This document shows positions 38,735 to 47,383 of a DNA stretch of 64,000 nucleotides, piece by piece. The DNA comes from Ostreococcus lucimarinus (Eukaryota), in assembly GCA_000092065.1 (NCBI GenBank), contig CP000588.1. The stretch is one strand, 5' to 3'. Every line of letters begins with the position of its first letter. The stretch's first letter is position 1. The position numbers and the translations under genes were made by a program. The notes below the pieces were generated by a model. That model saw only the letters and a program-made list of their open reading frames with translations. It did not search any database and was not told where the DNA came from.

Positions 38735-39889
38735 ATGGGGTGCAAACACTCGAAACACGCCGCGTCGCCGACGCCCGACGGCGACGGCGACGGCGATGCG
38801 CACGAATTCTTTGACGCCCAGGACACGTTGCTCGCGATGCCGAGCTTCATGCGCGCCAAGAGCCTGACTCGATTGAAGAGCGCGAACGATGAGAAGCTCG
38901 CGCGCGGAGGATCGCTCGCGCGATGGAAGAGCGCGTTGGGACCGGTGGAGACGCAGACGACTGGGGACATGGCGAAGTGCGTCGTGCCGGTGTTCGAGGC
39001 GGGGATGGAGACGCTGGCGGACGAGGCTGGAGACGCGTCGTGGAGCGAAAATCTTAGCGGGGAGGGATTTAAACTTCGAGGGAAGACGTACAAGCAGGAT
39101 AAGAAGAAGACGCCGAGCGGTGAACCGTTTTATAACGTAAAGGGGGTGTTGTCGTTTAAGAGCGACGAAAAGGTGGGCGATTGGATTAAAAACTTGTTCG
39201 CGGATGATCTAGGGAAGAAGATCAAGGGCCAAGTGCCGTCGGTGATCATCGTGAATATCATGGTTCCGGACTATAAACCGACGGGGGGGATGTTCGCGAA
39301 GAAGGAAAACGATGGTCCGGGTCACAACGTCGTGCTTTTGTGTAAAATCAGCGACTTCGCGCGGAAAACGTTGGAAGAGACAGAAGATTGGGAAACGCTG
39401 CCGGCTGATTTTAAATTGTTGATTAGATACGTCAAGGGCGATGGAACCGGAAATGTGGACACGCACCCACACGAACTGGCTGTTCGTCAGCAAACGAAGA
39501 TGGTCGTCATGGTTGTCGCAGGAAACGCAGCTTTACCGTGGATTGTTCGACAAGCGGTGAACCACGGTAACGGTAAACCTTTCATGGTGAACCGAACTTC
39601 TTCTTACATCGAGCGATCCGGCGCTTTGGAAATCAACGTCGACGCTCACAACTTCAGTAACGTTGCGCTGAACGGCTTGAGGACCGTGCACACGTCGCTC
39701 GGTAAACTGATCCTCGACGTCGGTGCGACGGTTCAAGGGGAGACCGAATATGAGCTCCCCGAGAGATTGTTGTTTTCGTGCAGGATAAACTACGCCAAGA
39801 TAGAACGCATCGTAGCGCACGTCGATATGCTCGAGGCTTACCCGAAAGACCGCGCCTGGTTGAACGATATCCGCAAAAGACTCGAGTAG
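38735..39889 (+). CDS. DUF1336 (EDR2 C-terminal-like) domain protein with an N-terminal myristoylation motif.
   Basis: It starts MGCKHSK, an MGxxxS N-myristoylation consensus. FKLRGKTYKQDKKKTPSGEP and downstream conserved blocks match the plant and algal DUF1336 family. Confidence 0.55.
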   Translation: MGCKHSKHAASPTPDGDGDGDAHEFFDAQDTLLAMPSFMRAKSLTRLKSANDEKLARGGSLARWKSALGPVETQTTGDMAKCVVPVFEAGMETLADEAGDASWSENLSGEGFKLRGKTYKQDKKKTPSGEPFYNVKGVLSFKSDEKVGDWIKNLFADDLGKKIKGQVPSVIIVNIMVPDYKPTGGMFAKKENDGPGHNVVLLCKISDFARKTLEETEDWETLPADFKLLIRYVKGDGTGNVDTHPHELAVRQQTKMVVMVVAGNAALPWIVRQAVNHGNGKPFMVNRTSSYIERSGALEINVDAHNFSNVALNGLRTVHTSLGKLILDVGATVQGETEYELPERLLFSCRINYAKIERIVAHVDMLEAYPKDRAWLNDIRKRLE

Positions 39890-39942
39890 TGCGTGTAAGT
39901 TTATTTCGTCGTAAATAAATCTGACAATTCGCTACTGTTTGT

Positions 39943-41754
39943 TCAAGCTCCAAAATCGCCCATGGTAGACATGGGTCTGCGGTTCCACGCGTCACCACCT
40001 GCGCCTTCGCCCTCGAGATCGACGTCTCGTTCGAGACGTTGCGGACGCTCGCCACGTTCAATGGCATCCAAGCCCGCTCGCAAGTAATCGCTCTTTTGTT
40101 GTGCATCTTCCAAATAGTCCCATTCGAAAATGGGAATCGGGAACACGGCGAAACCTTCACCTTCGAGCTGCCGCTGTTTCAAGCGAGTTTGTCCGAGCGC
40201 TAATTTACGATCGTTACGCGCAAAGTGCGACGGACCGTCGACTTCAATTACTACTCCAGTAGGCTTTGCGTCCGGGAGTAGTAAATCGCATCTGTACCCA
40301 CTCACGAGAGCCTCTTCCTCGTGCTTTTCACCCATGTACGACAAAATAGCTCCAACATCGCGCTGGAACCACGACACAACGGGTGGCCGGTTCTGCGTGT
40401 TCCACGCTGTATCGGCAGCAGCACCAAGTTCAGTGGGCAAGGGGTCGAAGCCGGCGCGAACGGCGGTGATGGCCGCTTGATGTAACTGGTTGAGCTGACG
40501 CCCCTTCCATGGACCAAAGACGTTAGTGTTGTGATGTTCATCCATTGATGCCGCAGTATTTTCTTTTTCGTGGACCATTTGCGCGTCGTGCTCCCCTCGT
40601 GTAATAATTTCCGCCCAGAGCGTGCGAAAGAATAGACTATCGAGCGCGTCTTCCATGACACAGAAGGACCATGCAAGCGAGGCCAGAATTGTTGCGTTGA
40701 AGCGATGAACCTGAGCTTCTGCGGCTTGTTGCGGTGTCAAATCTTTGTTTCTCGCGGGCGCTCGGGCGACCCAGACATCGATGCCATCGAGAAACCCAGC
40801 GTGCGAGTGTCCAAGGTGCGCGAACGCCCAAGCCACAGTCGTGATTTGGTACGCTTGGAAGCCCTTGAAGCCTGTCATGGCGGCGTGAACGTCGAGTTCG
40901 TGGAAGAAGCGCTCAGATGAATGCCGAGAAATGGCGAGCGACCAGGAAATATCGGCGATCTCATCCGGAGACAGTTTCTTCATCAACTCCGACGCACGAT
41001 TGGCCAATACTTCGAGCTCGGCGCTGTTCGCCCGCTCACCGGCAATGACACCGAGCGCCCAGCAGCACTTGGCGACTTCTTCCGCGGGAAGCGTATCGCT
41101 CTTTGCGCGCGCGGCGGCGACGCACGTTCCAATCATGTGCGCTACTCGCGGATCTCGTCGCAACCCGGCGAGCTCCTCTCGGTCGCACCTACTGTGCTGC
41201 GCCTTCTGAGCGATGAGCTTCAGCATCGATGCCGCCATTTCCGGTGAAATACGTCTCAAACCAGCGTTCTCAAAAATGTGCACCGCATCGTGCGGATACG
41301 TTGCCGTGCGCGCTTGCGCCTTGACGGCTTTCCACTCCTCCTTGGTCATGGAAAACTGCGTCGCGTCTTGCCTCGGATCCATCTCCCACGCCGTGCCGCG
41401 GAGAAGCTCCTCTACGCTAGGTTCCGGCTTAATATAATTTCCCTCTTCGTCCATTTCGTATCCACGAATCGCCGCCGTGCGCGCGCGGTCTTCATCCCTC
41501 CCAGCGCGCGTGTACCTTCGAGCCGTCTGGTTCGCCCCGGGCTGTGCGCCGCGTTCTTTCCGAAATTCAGCCGCCCGCTTGTTCGCCGTCGCACGAGCCT
41601 TTTCCATCCAGTCATTGTAATCTGGATCATCTCCACCCGCGCGCGTTCTCGTCCCCGCGCGTCGCGCTGACCCCTCTCGAGCCCCTCCGGTTCGCTTGAC
41701 CCCGCGGTCCGTCCTCGTCGCCCCTCCCGCTCCGAGCACCCCTCGCGCGATCAT
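39943..41754 (-). CDS. RAP-domain protein, a putative organellar RNA-binding protein.
   Basis: The C-terminal stretch GYRCDLLLPDAKPTGVVIEVDGPSHFARNDRKLALGQTRLKQRQLEGEGFAVFPIPIFEWD is a RAP domain. The upstream helical region resembles FAST-kinase/OPR repeats. An R/G-rich N-terminal segment is present. Confidence 0.6.
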   Translation of the reverse strand: MIARGVLGAGGATRTDRGVKRTGGAREGSARRAGTRTRAGGDDPDYNDWMEKARATANKRAAEFRKERGAQPGANQTARRYTRAGRDEDRARTAAIRGYEMDEEGNYIKPEPSVEELLRGTAWEMDPRQDATQFSMTKEEWKAVKAQARTATYPHDAVHIFENAGLRRISPEMAASMLKLIAQKAQHSRCDREELAGLRRDPRVAHMIGTCVAAARAKSDTLPAEEVAKCCWALGVIAGERANSAELEVLANRASELMKKLSPDEIADISWSLAISRHSSERFFHELDVHAAMTGFKGFQAYQITTVAWAFAHLGHSHAGFLDGIDVWVARAPARNKDLTPQQAAEAQVHRFNATILASLAWSFCVMEDALDSLFFRTLWAEIITRGEHDAQMVHEKENTAASMDEHHNTNVFGPWKGRQLNQLHQAAITAVRAGFDPLPTELGAAADTAWNTQNRPPVVSWFQRDVGAILSYMGEKHEEEALVSGYRCDLLLPDAKPTGVVIEVDGPSHFARNDRKLALGQTRLKQRQLEGEGFAVFPIPIFEWDYLEDAQQKSDYLRAGLDAIERGERPQRLERDVDLEGEGAGGDAWNRRPMSTMGDFGA

Positions 41755-42202
41755 CTCACTTCTTCGCCTTCCCCAGCGTCGCGTTCGTCAAGAAATCAAA
41801 CTTTCTCTTAAACTTCGCCGCCTGTCCCGTGGCCGGTCCTTTGATCACCTTGCCCGTGTACGCCGGGTGGTTGTTCGCGTCGAGCGTCAAAAACAGGTAG
41901 TCCCCGAGTTGTTTCACCGTCGTCGGCACGCGGCGCGTCGACCCGTTCGTCGCCACGACCGTGAGTCTGTGCAGCAGCGGGTGAATTCCTTTGCGAGGCT
42001 GCGTTCGAGGAGCGCGCGGCGCGTTCGCGCGGCGTCAGTCGTCGAGTTTTCAATCAAACCCCAGATTTCGAGTCAAGTTTTCGATCGCCCGCGGGCGCGA
42101 TGCGCGCGCGCTCGAGCGCCGCGCGACGCGCGCGAGGACTCGACGCGCGCGCCGTTCGCGGCGGCGCGATCGAGCGCGAGAACGAGGCGAGCGTCACGCA
42201 CC

Positions 42203-43720
42203 ATGCACGCGCTCAGGAATGGCGACGCGCGGCCGCACACGATGCCGCACGCGGCAGCCGCGCGCGCGCGCGCGCCGGCGCGGTGCGGGCGGCGCGGACC
42301 TGGAGCGGTGCGTCGAGCGCGGGCGCGGGCGAGCGCGGGCGCGGCGTCGACGAGCGTCGTCGAGGGCGTCGTCACGCGCGTGGCGCGCATGGGGAAACGC
42401 TTGACGTTCGTGGACGTGCGCGCGCGCGAACAGCTGCGCACGCGAGACGGCGAGGAGACGTCGACGGTGTTCGTCAAGTGCGCGGCGCAGGTGCCGCCGG
42501 TGATCCGACCGGGCGCGGTGGTGGAGTTTGAATACGAGTGGGAGACGCGACGGGCGAAGAGCGGGACGCGGAGCGGCGCGTACGTGTCGACGACAGAAAT
42601 GCGCGTGGTGGAGCTCGCGCCGGTGACGAGCGTGGCGAATGCGACGAGTGAAATGTTGGAAAAGTTTGCGGGAGTAGGGTTGATCGATACGACGGCGCGA
42701 AGGAGTAAAGGATTTGGGATTTGCAAGGTGCTTCTCGGCGGCGACGTCTGTTCAGATCCAAACTGCGATAAACGGCATGACGTGAACGAAGAAGAGTTGA
42801 GCCAGGCGCGAGAAAGTCGGAAAAGAGCGCGAGAGCGATCTAAGATGGCGATCGAGCGAGAAAGATCGGATAATGACCCGCACGGAGATGCGAATAAGGA
42901 GGCAAAGTGCGTCAGCGATCGGTTATTCGCCGAATGGTGCGTCGAGACGTTCAAGCTGAAGGAACGACGGGAAGTGGTCGTCGCTGATATTGCAGGTGGT
43001 GCAGGGGCGTTATCGTTCGAATTCCATGTGAACCACGGCGTAGGGGTCGTGCTCATAGAGCCGCGATGTGTCGCTTTGACACCTCGGCAACGCGCTACGG
43101 CGAAGAATTTGCGTCGACGCGGAGCGCGAAATGACGCCAATCCAGACGTCGCAGATGCGTGGCTTCGATCAGAAATCTGGGTCAAATGCGCAGATGAGCA
43201 AAACGAGAAGCGGATGCATGAACACGTGCAGCGACTTGTGGCGTACACGGAAATTGCGAGCAGCAAAGACATTAATGTGAGCGCTAGCGCTCCCCCGACC
43301 GACGTCGTAACTTTGCACGAGGCACCATTCGACGAGTTCCCCACAGAACTTCCCCGCACGGTCGTAAAGTCACCTTTTGGAGCTGAAATTGCGCCTTTCA
43401 CGCACATACGCTCGGAGTTTTGGACGACAGATTCTTCTGTTGGAGCGCGCTTGCGCGAGATGCGTCCTTCGCTCCTCGTCGGCATGCACTCTGACCAGGC
43501 CACGGAAGCAATCATCGACGCCGCGCTCGAGCTCGATGTCCCATTCGCTGTCGTACCATGTTGCACGTTTCCGGAGCTGTTTCCTCACCGACGCACCGCG
43601 CTGGGTGGTCCGGTGGCGTCTTACGCCGACTTCATCGAATACCTGCGCGGCAAACATCCATCCATCCGTTCGACGTTCCTACCGTTCAAAGGCAGGAACC
43701 AGGTGTTGTACAAAACTTAG
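42203..43720 (+). CDS. Hypothetical protein with an N-terminal OB-fold-like segment, a CCCH-like zinc knuckle and a C-terminal Rossmann (Methyltransf_32/METTL25-like) domain.
   Basis: The start is taken at MHALRNG (ATG at 42203) because the ORF-track start at 41696 overlaps the convergent RAP gene. The OB-like segment is VEGVVTRVARMGKRLTFVDVRAR. CKVLLGGDVCSDPNCDKRHD is C-x8-C-x5-C-x3-H. VVVADIAGGAGALSFEF and LLVGMHSDQATEAIIDAALELDVPFAVVPCC resemble SAM-MTase motif I and the GLHACGDL block. Confidence 0.4.
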   Translation: MHALRNGDARPHTMPHAAAARARAPARCGRRGPGAVRRARARASAGAASTSVVEGVVTRVARMGKRLTFVDVRAREQLRTRDGEETSTVFVKCAAQVPPVIRPGAVVEFEYEWETRRAKSGTRSGAYVSTTEMRVVELAPVTSVANATSEMLEKFAGVGLIDTTARRSKGFGICKVLLGGDVCSDPNCDKRHDVNEEELSQARESRKRARERSKMAIERERSDNDPHGDANKEAKCVSDRLFAEWCVETFKLKERREVVVADIAGGAGALSFEFHVNHGVGVVLIEPRCVALTPRQRATAKNLRRRGARNDANPDVADAWLRSEIWVKCADEQNEKRMHEHVQRLVAYTEIASSKDINVSASAPPTDVVTLHEAPFDEFPTELPRTVVKSPFGAEIAPFTHIRSEFWTTDSSVGARLREMRPSLLVGMHSDQATEAIIDAALELDVPFAVVPCCTFPELFPHRRTALGGPVASYADFIEYLRGKHPSIRSTFLPFKGRNQVLYKT

Positions 43721-43816
43721 ATTATCGATAGCCATTAGGTTATTAGTACACTATAGCGATAGCTGTTACGCTCAGCGACTCCACCCGAGAGCTCGCCGCC
43801 GTCTCGTCTTCATAGC

Positions 43817-44248
43817 GTGGCTCGTCGCGCCATGTCCTCCCCGAGCGTCAAAGTCGAGGACGACGACGCGGGCGCTTCCATCGAAGACGAACAAAGCTTC
43901 TCGCTCGCCGACGCCCTCTCGCGCGCGAACTCTGAGGCCGAAGCGGCGTCGTCGAGCGGCGATGGTGACGGTCCGAAGGATCCCATGGCAAAAGTTAAAG
44001 CCGCACTCGCGTGCCCGTGCGTGGCTGATCTCCGTCAATCTTCGTGTGGAACGAGTTTTGATGAGGCGTTGACGTGCTTTATGCTGGCGAAAGACGAGGA
44101 GAAGGGGAAGAAGTGCGTGGAGGAGTTTGTGTCGCTACACGCGTGCATGGTGAAGAACGCAAACGAGTTTCAGGAGTTTGCAAACGAGTTGTTGGAGCAC
44201 CAAGACGTGCGTGGACCTGCAAAAGCGACGACCAACGCGGGGAAGTGA
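43817..44248 (+). CDS. MIA40: MIA40/CHCHD4-like mitochondrial intermembrane-space oxidoreductase.
   Basis: A CPC redox motif (ALACPCVAD) is followed by twin CX9C: CGTSFDEALTC and CVEEFVSLHAC. The N-terminus is acidic and unstructured. The protein is 143 aa. Confidence 0.6.
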   Translation: MARRAMSSPSVKVEDDDAGASIEDEQSFSLADALSRANSEAEAASSSGDGDGPKDPMAKVKAALACPCVADLRQSSCGTSFDEALTCFMLAKDEEKGKKCVEEFVSLHACMVKNANEFQEFANELLEHQDVRGPAKATTNAGK

Positions 44249-44347
44249 TAGATTATTACTTAGAATGATAATACCATCGCATTAGAATCATAGATCATCG
44301 TTTCGAAGAATAGATGTCGCGTTTACCAGAGGAAACATTGCCGTCGA

Positions 44348-46180
44348 CTAGAGCGCCGCAGCCTTTGCGCGCCAGGCGTTGAAGGCGTCGGAACCCGATG
44401 TGACGGCTTCGCACACAGCAGCCAAATAAATATCAGCCACAGATGCGGTCCTACCGACGAGGTAGCCAGAAGTCGACGCCACGAGAGCCTTTTCCACCTT
44501 AGCGGCTGCGGCTTCTGCACCCGCGCTAGTTGATTCAAGCAACGCTTCGACGCGCGCTTGTTCCGCGACGCCAGCCGGATACAAACCCGCACCGACGCGG
44601 TTGGTCTTGACGAGGTGACGAATGATGGAAATAGGCGACGCCAACACGAGGTTGCCTTGGACGAACACCGGCGTGGCGTTGTCAGTCTCCGTCTTGATTT
44701 CCTCCGGACACATCGCGGCAGATTCAACCTTCACCACGGCACCGCATCGCTTCAAGATTTGTTGAATAGCCTTCGAAGCCGCGCACGGACCGGCGTTGAC
44801 GTATGCCGTCGCTTCGACGCCAGCCGCGGTGGCGGCATCGTTGGACGCAAACAAGTCCGCCGGCGGCGGAGAGACATCCACGAGACGACCCTTCTTGTCG
44901 AGCGTGCGAACGAACGGGATGAACTCGATGCCGTTCATCCACGGTCGCAACGCCGGCGGCACGACGAGACCTTCGGGGGTTTGCCAGTTTTCAATCAAGC
45001 AGCACAAAGTGCGCTCAGTCGCGGTGAGCGTCGAGTTGAGCAAGTGCACGTACGCCTTCTTGTTCTCCGGACCCTTCTTTGGTGCGCCTTCGCGTATTTC
45101 CAGTCGCCGAGATTGGTAATCGGTGCAGTTTGAGCACGAAACCAACTCGCGGAAGGTGCGAGACGACGGAAACCACGCTTCGAGATCATACTTTTTCGCC
45201 GCGGCGTCGTTCAACTCCCCGCTCACAATGTTCACGACTTGGTACGGAATGTTCAACGACTGGTAGAACGCCTCCGAGTTTCCTATGAGACGTTCCATTT
45301 CGTCCCAACTCGCGTTGCCTTCGCCCGAGACGGCGACGAACTGCTCAACCTTTTCGAATTGATGAACGCGGAAAATACCGAGTGTGTCGCGACCGTGAGA
45401 ACCAACCTCCTTACGGAAGCACGTCGAGTATCCGGCGAACCGAATCGGTAATTGGTTCGTATTCAACCAACGCTTACGCAAGTACGAACAGCACGTTTGC
45501 TCGCTCGTGGCGATCAGGTACTTGTCGTCGCCCTCACCCGTCACTTTGTAGAGTTGCTCATCAAAATCTGCGAGTTGCGCGCACTCCGCCATACGGTCCT
45601 TTCGCATGAAGAATGGCGTCGCCAGCGGCGTGTGCCCTCTGCTCGCCAAGAATGCGAGCGCATAGTTGATCACAGCCTGATTCAAGAGCGCCCCTGCGCC
45701 CTTGAGATAGTACCCTCGCCCGCCCGCGACTTCGGTCCCTTGCTCTACGTCGGCAATATCCAACATAGAAATCAAATCCACGTGATTCGGAAGCTTTTCT
45801 TCCATGCGTTTCTCCCCCCACGTGCGCACGATGACGTTATTTTCTTCATCGTTCGATACCGGCACGCTGTCGTGCACGATGTTCCCAATCTTCAACAACG
45901 CCGTCGTCGTCTTCTCCTCCAGCTCCTTTTCCTTCTCCGCCGCCGCCTTTTTCCTCTCGTCAATCTCCTTCACCTTGGCCATCAACGGCGCCGCCTCATC
46001 CTTCTTCCCAGCCTTCATCAACATCGCCACTTCCTTATTCGCCTTATTAAATTCCCCTCCGACTTCATCCAGCGCGTGTCTCGCCTCGCGCCACGCGAGA
46101 TCGAGCGCCAAGACGTCGTCCACGTCCTCCACGCGTCCGAACCTCCGCCGTTCGCTCTCTCGCACCGCCTCCTGCGTCAT
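44348..46180 (-). CDS. Seryl-tRNA synthetase (class II) with a C-terminal extension of about 170 aa that looks like a GST domain.
   Basis: SerRS N-terminal coiled coil and core are present (GRGYYLKGAGALLNQAVINYAL, motif 2 FRKEVGSHGRDTLGIFRVHQFEKVEQF, motif 3 GELNDAAAKKYDLEAWFPSS...). The extra C-terminal block PVFVQGNLVLASPISIIRHL...LYPAGVAEQARVEALLE... resembles a GST thioredoxin-like fold plus a GST-C helical region. Confidence 0.85.
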   Translation of the reverse strand: MTQEAVRESERRRFGRVEDVDDVLALDLAWREARHALDEVGGEFNKANKEVAMLMKAGKKDEAAPLMAKVKEIDERKKAAAEKEKELEEKTTTALLKIGNIVHDSVPVSNDEENNVIVRTWGEKRMEEKLPNHVDLISMLDIADVEQGTEVAGGRGYYLKGAGALLNQAVINYALAFLASRGHTPLATPFFMRKDRMAECAQLADFDEQLYKVTGEGDDKYLIATSEQTCCSYLRKRWLNTNQLPIRFAGYSTCFRKEVGSHGRDTLGIFRVHQFEKVEQFVAVSGEGNASWDEMERLIGNSEAFYQSLNIPYQVVNIVSGELNDAAAKKYDLEAWFPSSRTFRELVSCSNCTDYQSRRLEIREGAPKKGPENKKAYVHLLNSTLTATERTLCCLIENWQTPEGLVVPPALRPWMNGIEFIPFVRTLDKKGRLVDVSPPPADLFASNDAATAAGVEATAYVNAGPCAASKAIQQILKRCGAVVKVESAAMCPEEIKTETDNATPVFVQGNLVLASPISIIRHLVKTNRVGAGLYPAGVAEQARVEALLESTSAGAEAAAAKVEKALVASTSGYLVGRTASVADIYLAAVCEAVTSGSDAFNAWRAKAAAL

Positions 46181-46613
46181 CGTCGCGCGTCGCGCGCGTC
46201 GTCGTCAGTCACCGTTCGCGCGCGCGCGTCATCGCCCATCCGCGCCACCGTGCGCGCGCTTCGCGTCCAACTTTGCGCGCGCGCCGTCACCCATCGCTCG
46301 ATCGCGTCGTCGTCGACGTCCTCCGGCGTCCTCCGCGACGCGCGCGCGCGACGCGCGCATCGCGCGCACCGGGTCGCCGCCCTTGTCCGGCCTGAGCATG
46401 TTGACGTCCAACATCGCGCGTCGTCGCGCGCGCGTTCGCGTGTGCCGCGTCGAGGTTTTCTTTTTTTCGCGCGCGAGAGAAACGATCGCGTTCTCGACTC
46501 CTCGCGCGTCGCGCGTCGCGCGTCGCGCGCGCGAGGGGCGCGCGCGCGATTCAGTGCGTTTAATCCCACGCGCGTGGCGTCGTTACAACCGTCTAAGTCG
46601 CGCGCGTCGACGC

Positions 46614-46769
46614 TCACACCGCGAGAAGTTCGCCAAAGTTTCGCATGAAGACGACGCTCGCGACGAACATCGCGGCGGAGCGGAGCAAGATGGCGTTAGC
46701 CTCGCGAACCGCGGGGTTGGTCGCGTTGAGCTCGCGCTTGATGAAATCGACGACGTCGGAGACGGCCAT
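46614..46769 (-). CDS. Candidate small ORF of 51 aa with one predicted C-terminal transmembrane helix.
   Basis: MAVSDVVDFIKRELNATNPAVREANAILLRSAAMFVASVVFMRNFGELLAV has non-repetitive composition, unlike the surrounding spurious ORFs. It has no recognisable family. It lies upstream of SerRS on the same strand. Confidence 0.2.
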   Translation of the reverse strand: MAVSDVVDFIKRELNATNPAVREANAILLRSAAMFVASVVFMRNFGELLAV

Positions 46770-46822
46770 CGCGACGTGCGCGGCGCGGCGATGTGCGGCG
46801 GTGCTCGTCATTGGCGGACGCG

Positions 46823-47296
46823 ATGATGGCGCGGGAAGCGTCCGCAAGCGTCTCGGACGACGACGCGCGCGCGGGAAGACGCGCGAACGCGTCGACGTCG
46901 AGCGAGAGCGAGAGCGAGAGCGAGACGTCGCCGAGAGCGCGCGCGGTGGTGGACGATGGGTGCTTGGATTCCGATGATTTCGAGACGAGCCTGAAAGCGC
47001 TCGAACCGCGCCGACGCAACATCGACGCGACGATACGAGCGCAAGAGCGCGCGTGCGTCGATATCACGCTCGCCGTGGACGCCATGCGGGCGTTCTTGAC
47101 GAACGCGCGCGATGATGAAGAGTCGAGCGAAGGCGCGGAGGAGCGGCGAGACGCGCTCGAGGCGGCGGCGCTGACGAAGAGGATCGTCGCGATCGCGATG
47201 GAAACGAGAGCGATCGTGAATAGGGTGAGGCAAAAGTTGATTGAGGCTGGGTTCGTGGACGTCGAGGCGTTGACGCCTTACGATCCAGAGGCGTAG
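46823..47296 (+). CDS. Hypothetical acidic protein of 157 aa.
   Basis: It is an ATG-initiated ORF with balanced composition (MMAREASAS...FETSLKALEPRRRNIDATIRAQERACVDITLAVDAMRAFL...IVNRVRQKLIEAGFVDVEALTPYDPEA). It ends about 90 bp before the Brr2 start. No family was recognised. Confidence 0.3.
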   Translation: MMAREASASVSDDDARAGRRANASTSSESESESETSPRARAVVDDGCLDSDDFETSLKALEPRRRNIDATIRAQERACVDITLAVDAMRAFLTNARDDEESSEGAEERRDALEAAALTKRIVAIAMETRAIVNRVRQKLIEAGFVDVEALTPYDPEA

Positions 47297-47383
47297 GGAT
47301 TAGAATTAGTTGTAACGACGGACGTCGGCGCGCGCGCTTTAGCGCGGTGATTATCGAACGGCGCGTTAAACGGCGACGCGGCG

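Noticed and set aside
41696-42202. 5' extension of the track ORF 41696..43720
   Set aside because: It overlaps the end of the convergent RAP-domain gene and is R-rich. The first ATG with downstream conserved sequence is at 42203.
42073-43566. 497-aa minus-strand ORF
   Set aside because: It is antisense to the methyltransferase-like gene and is S/A/R-rich with no motifs.
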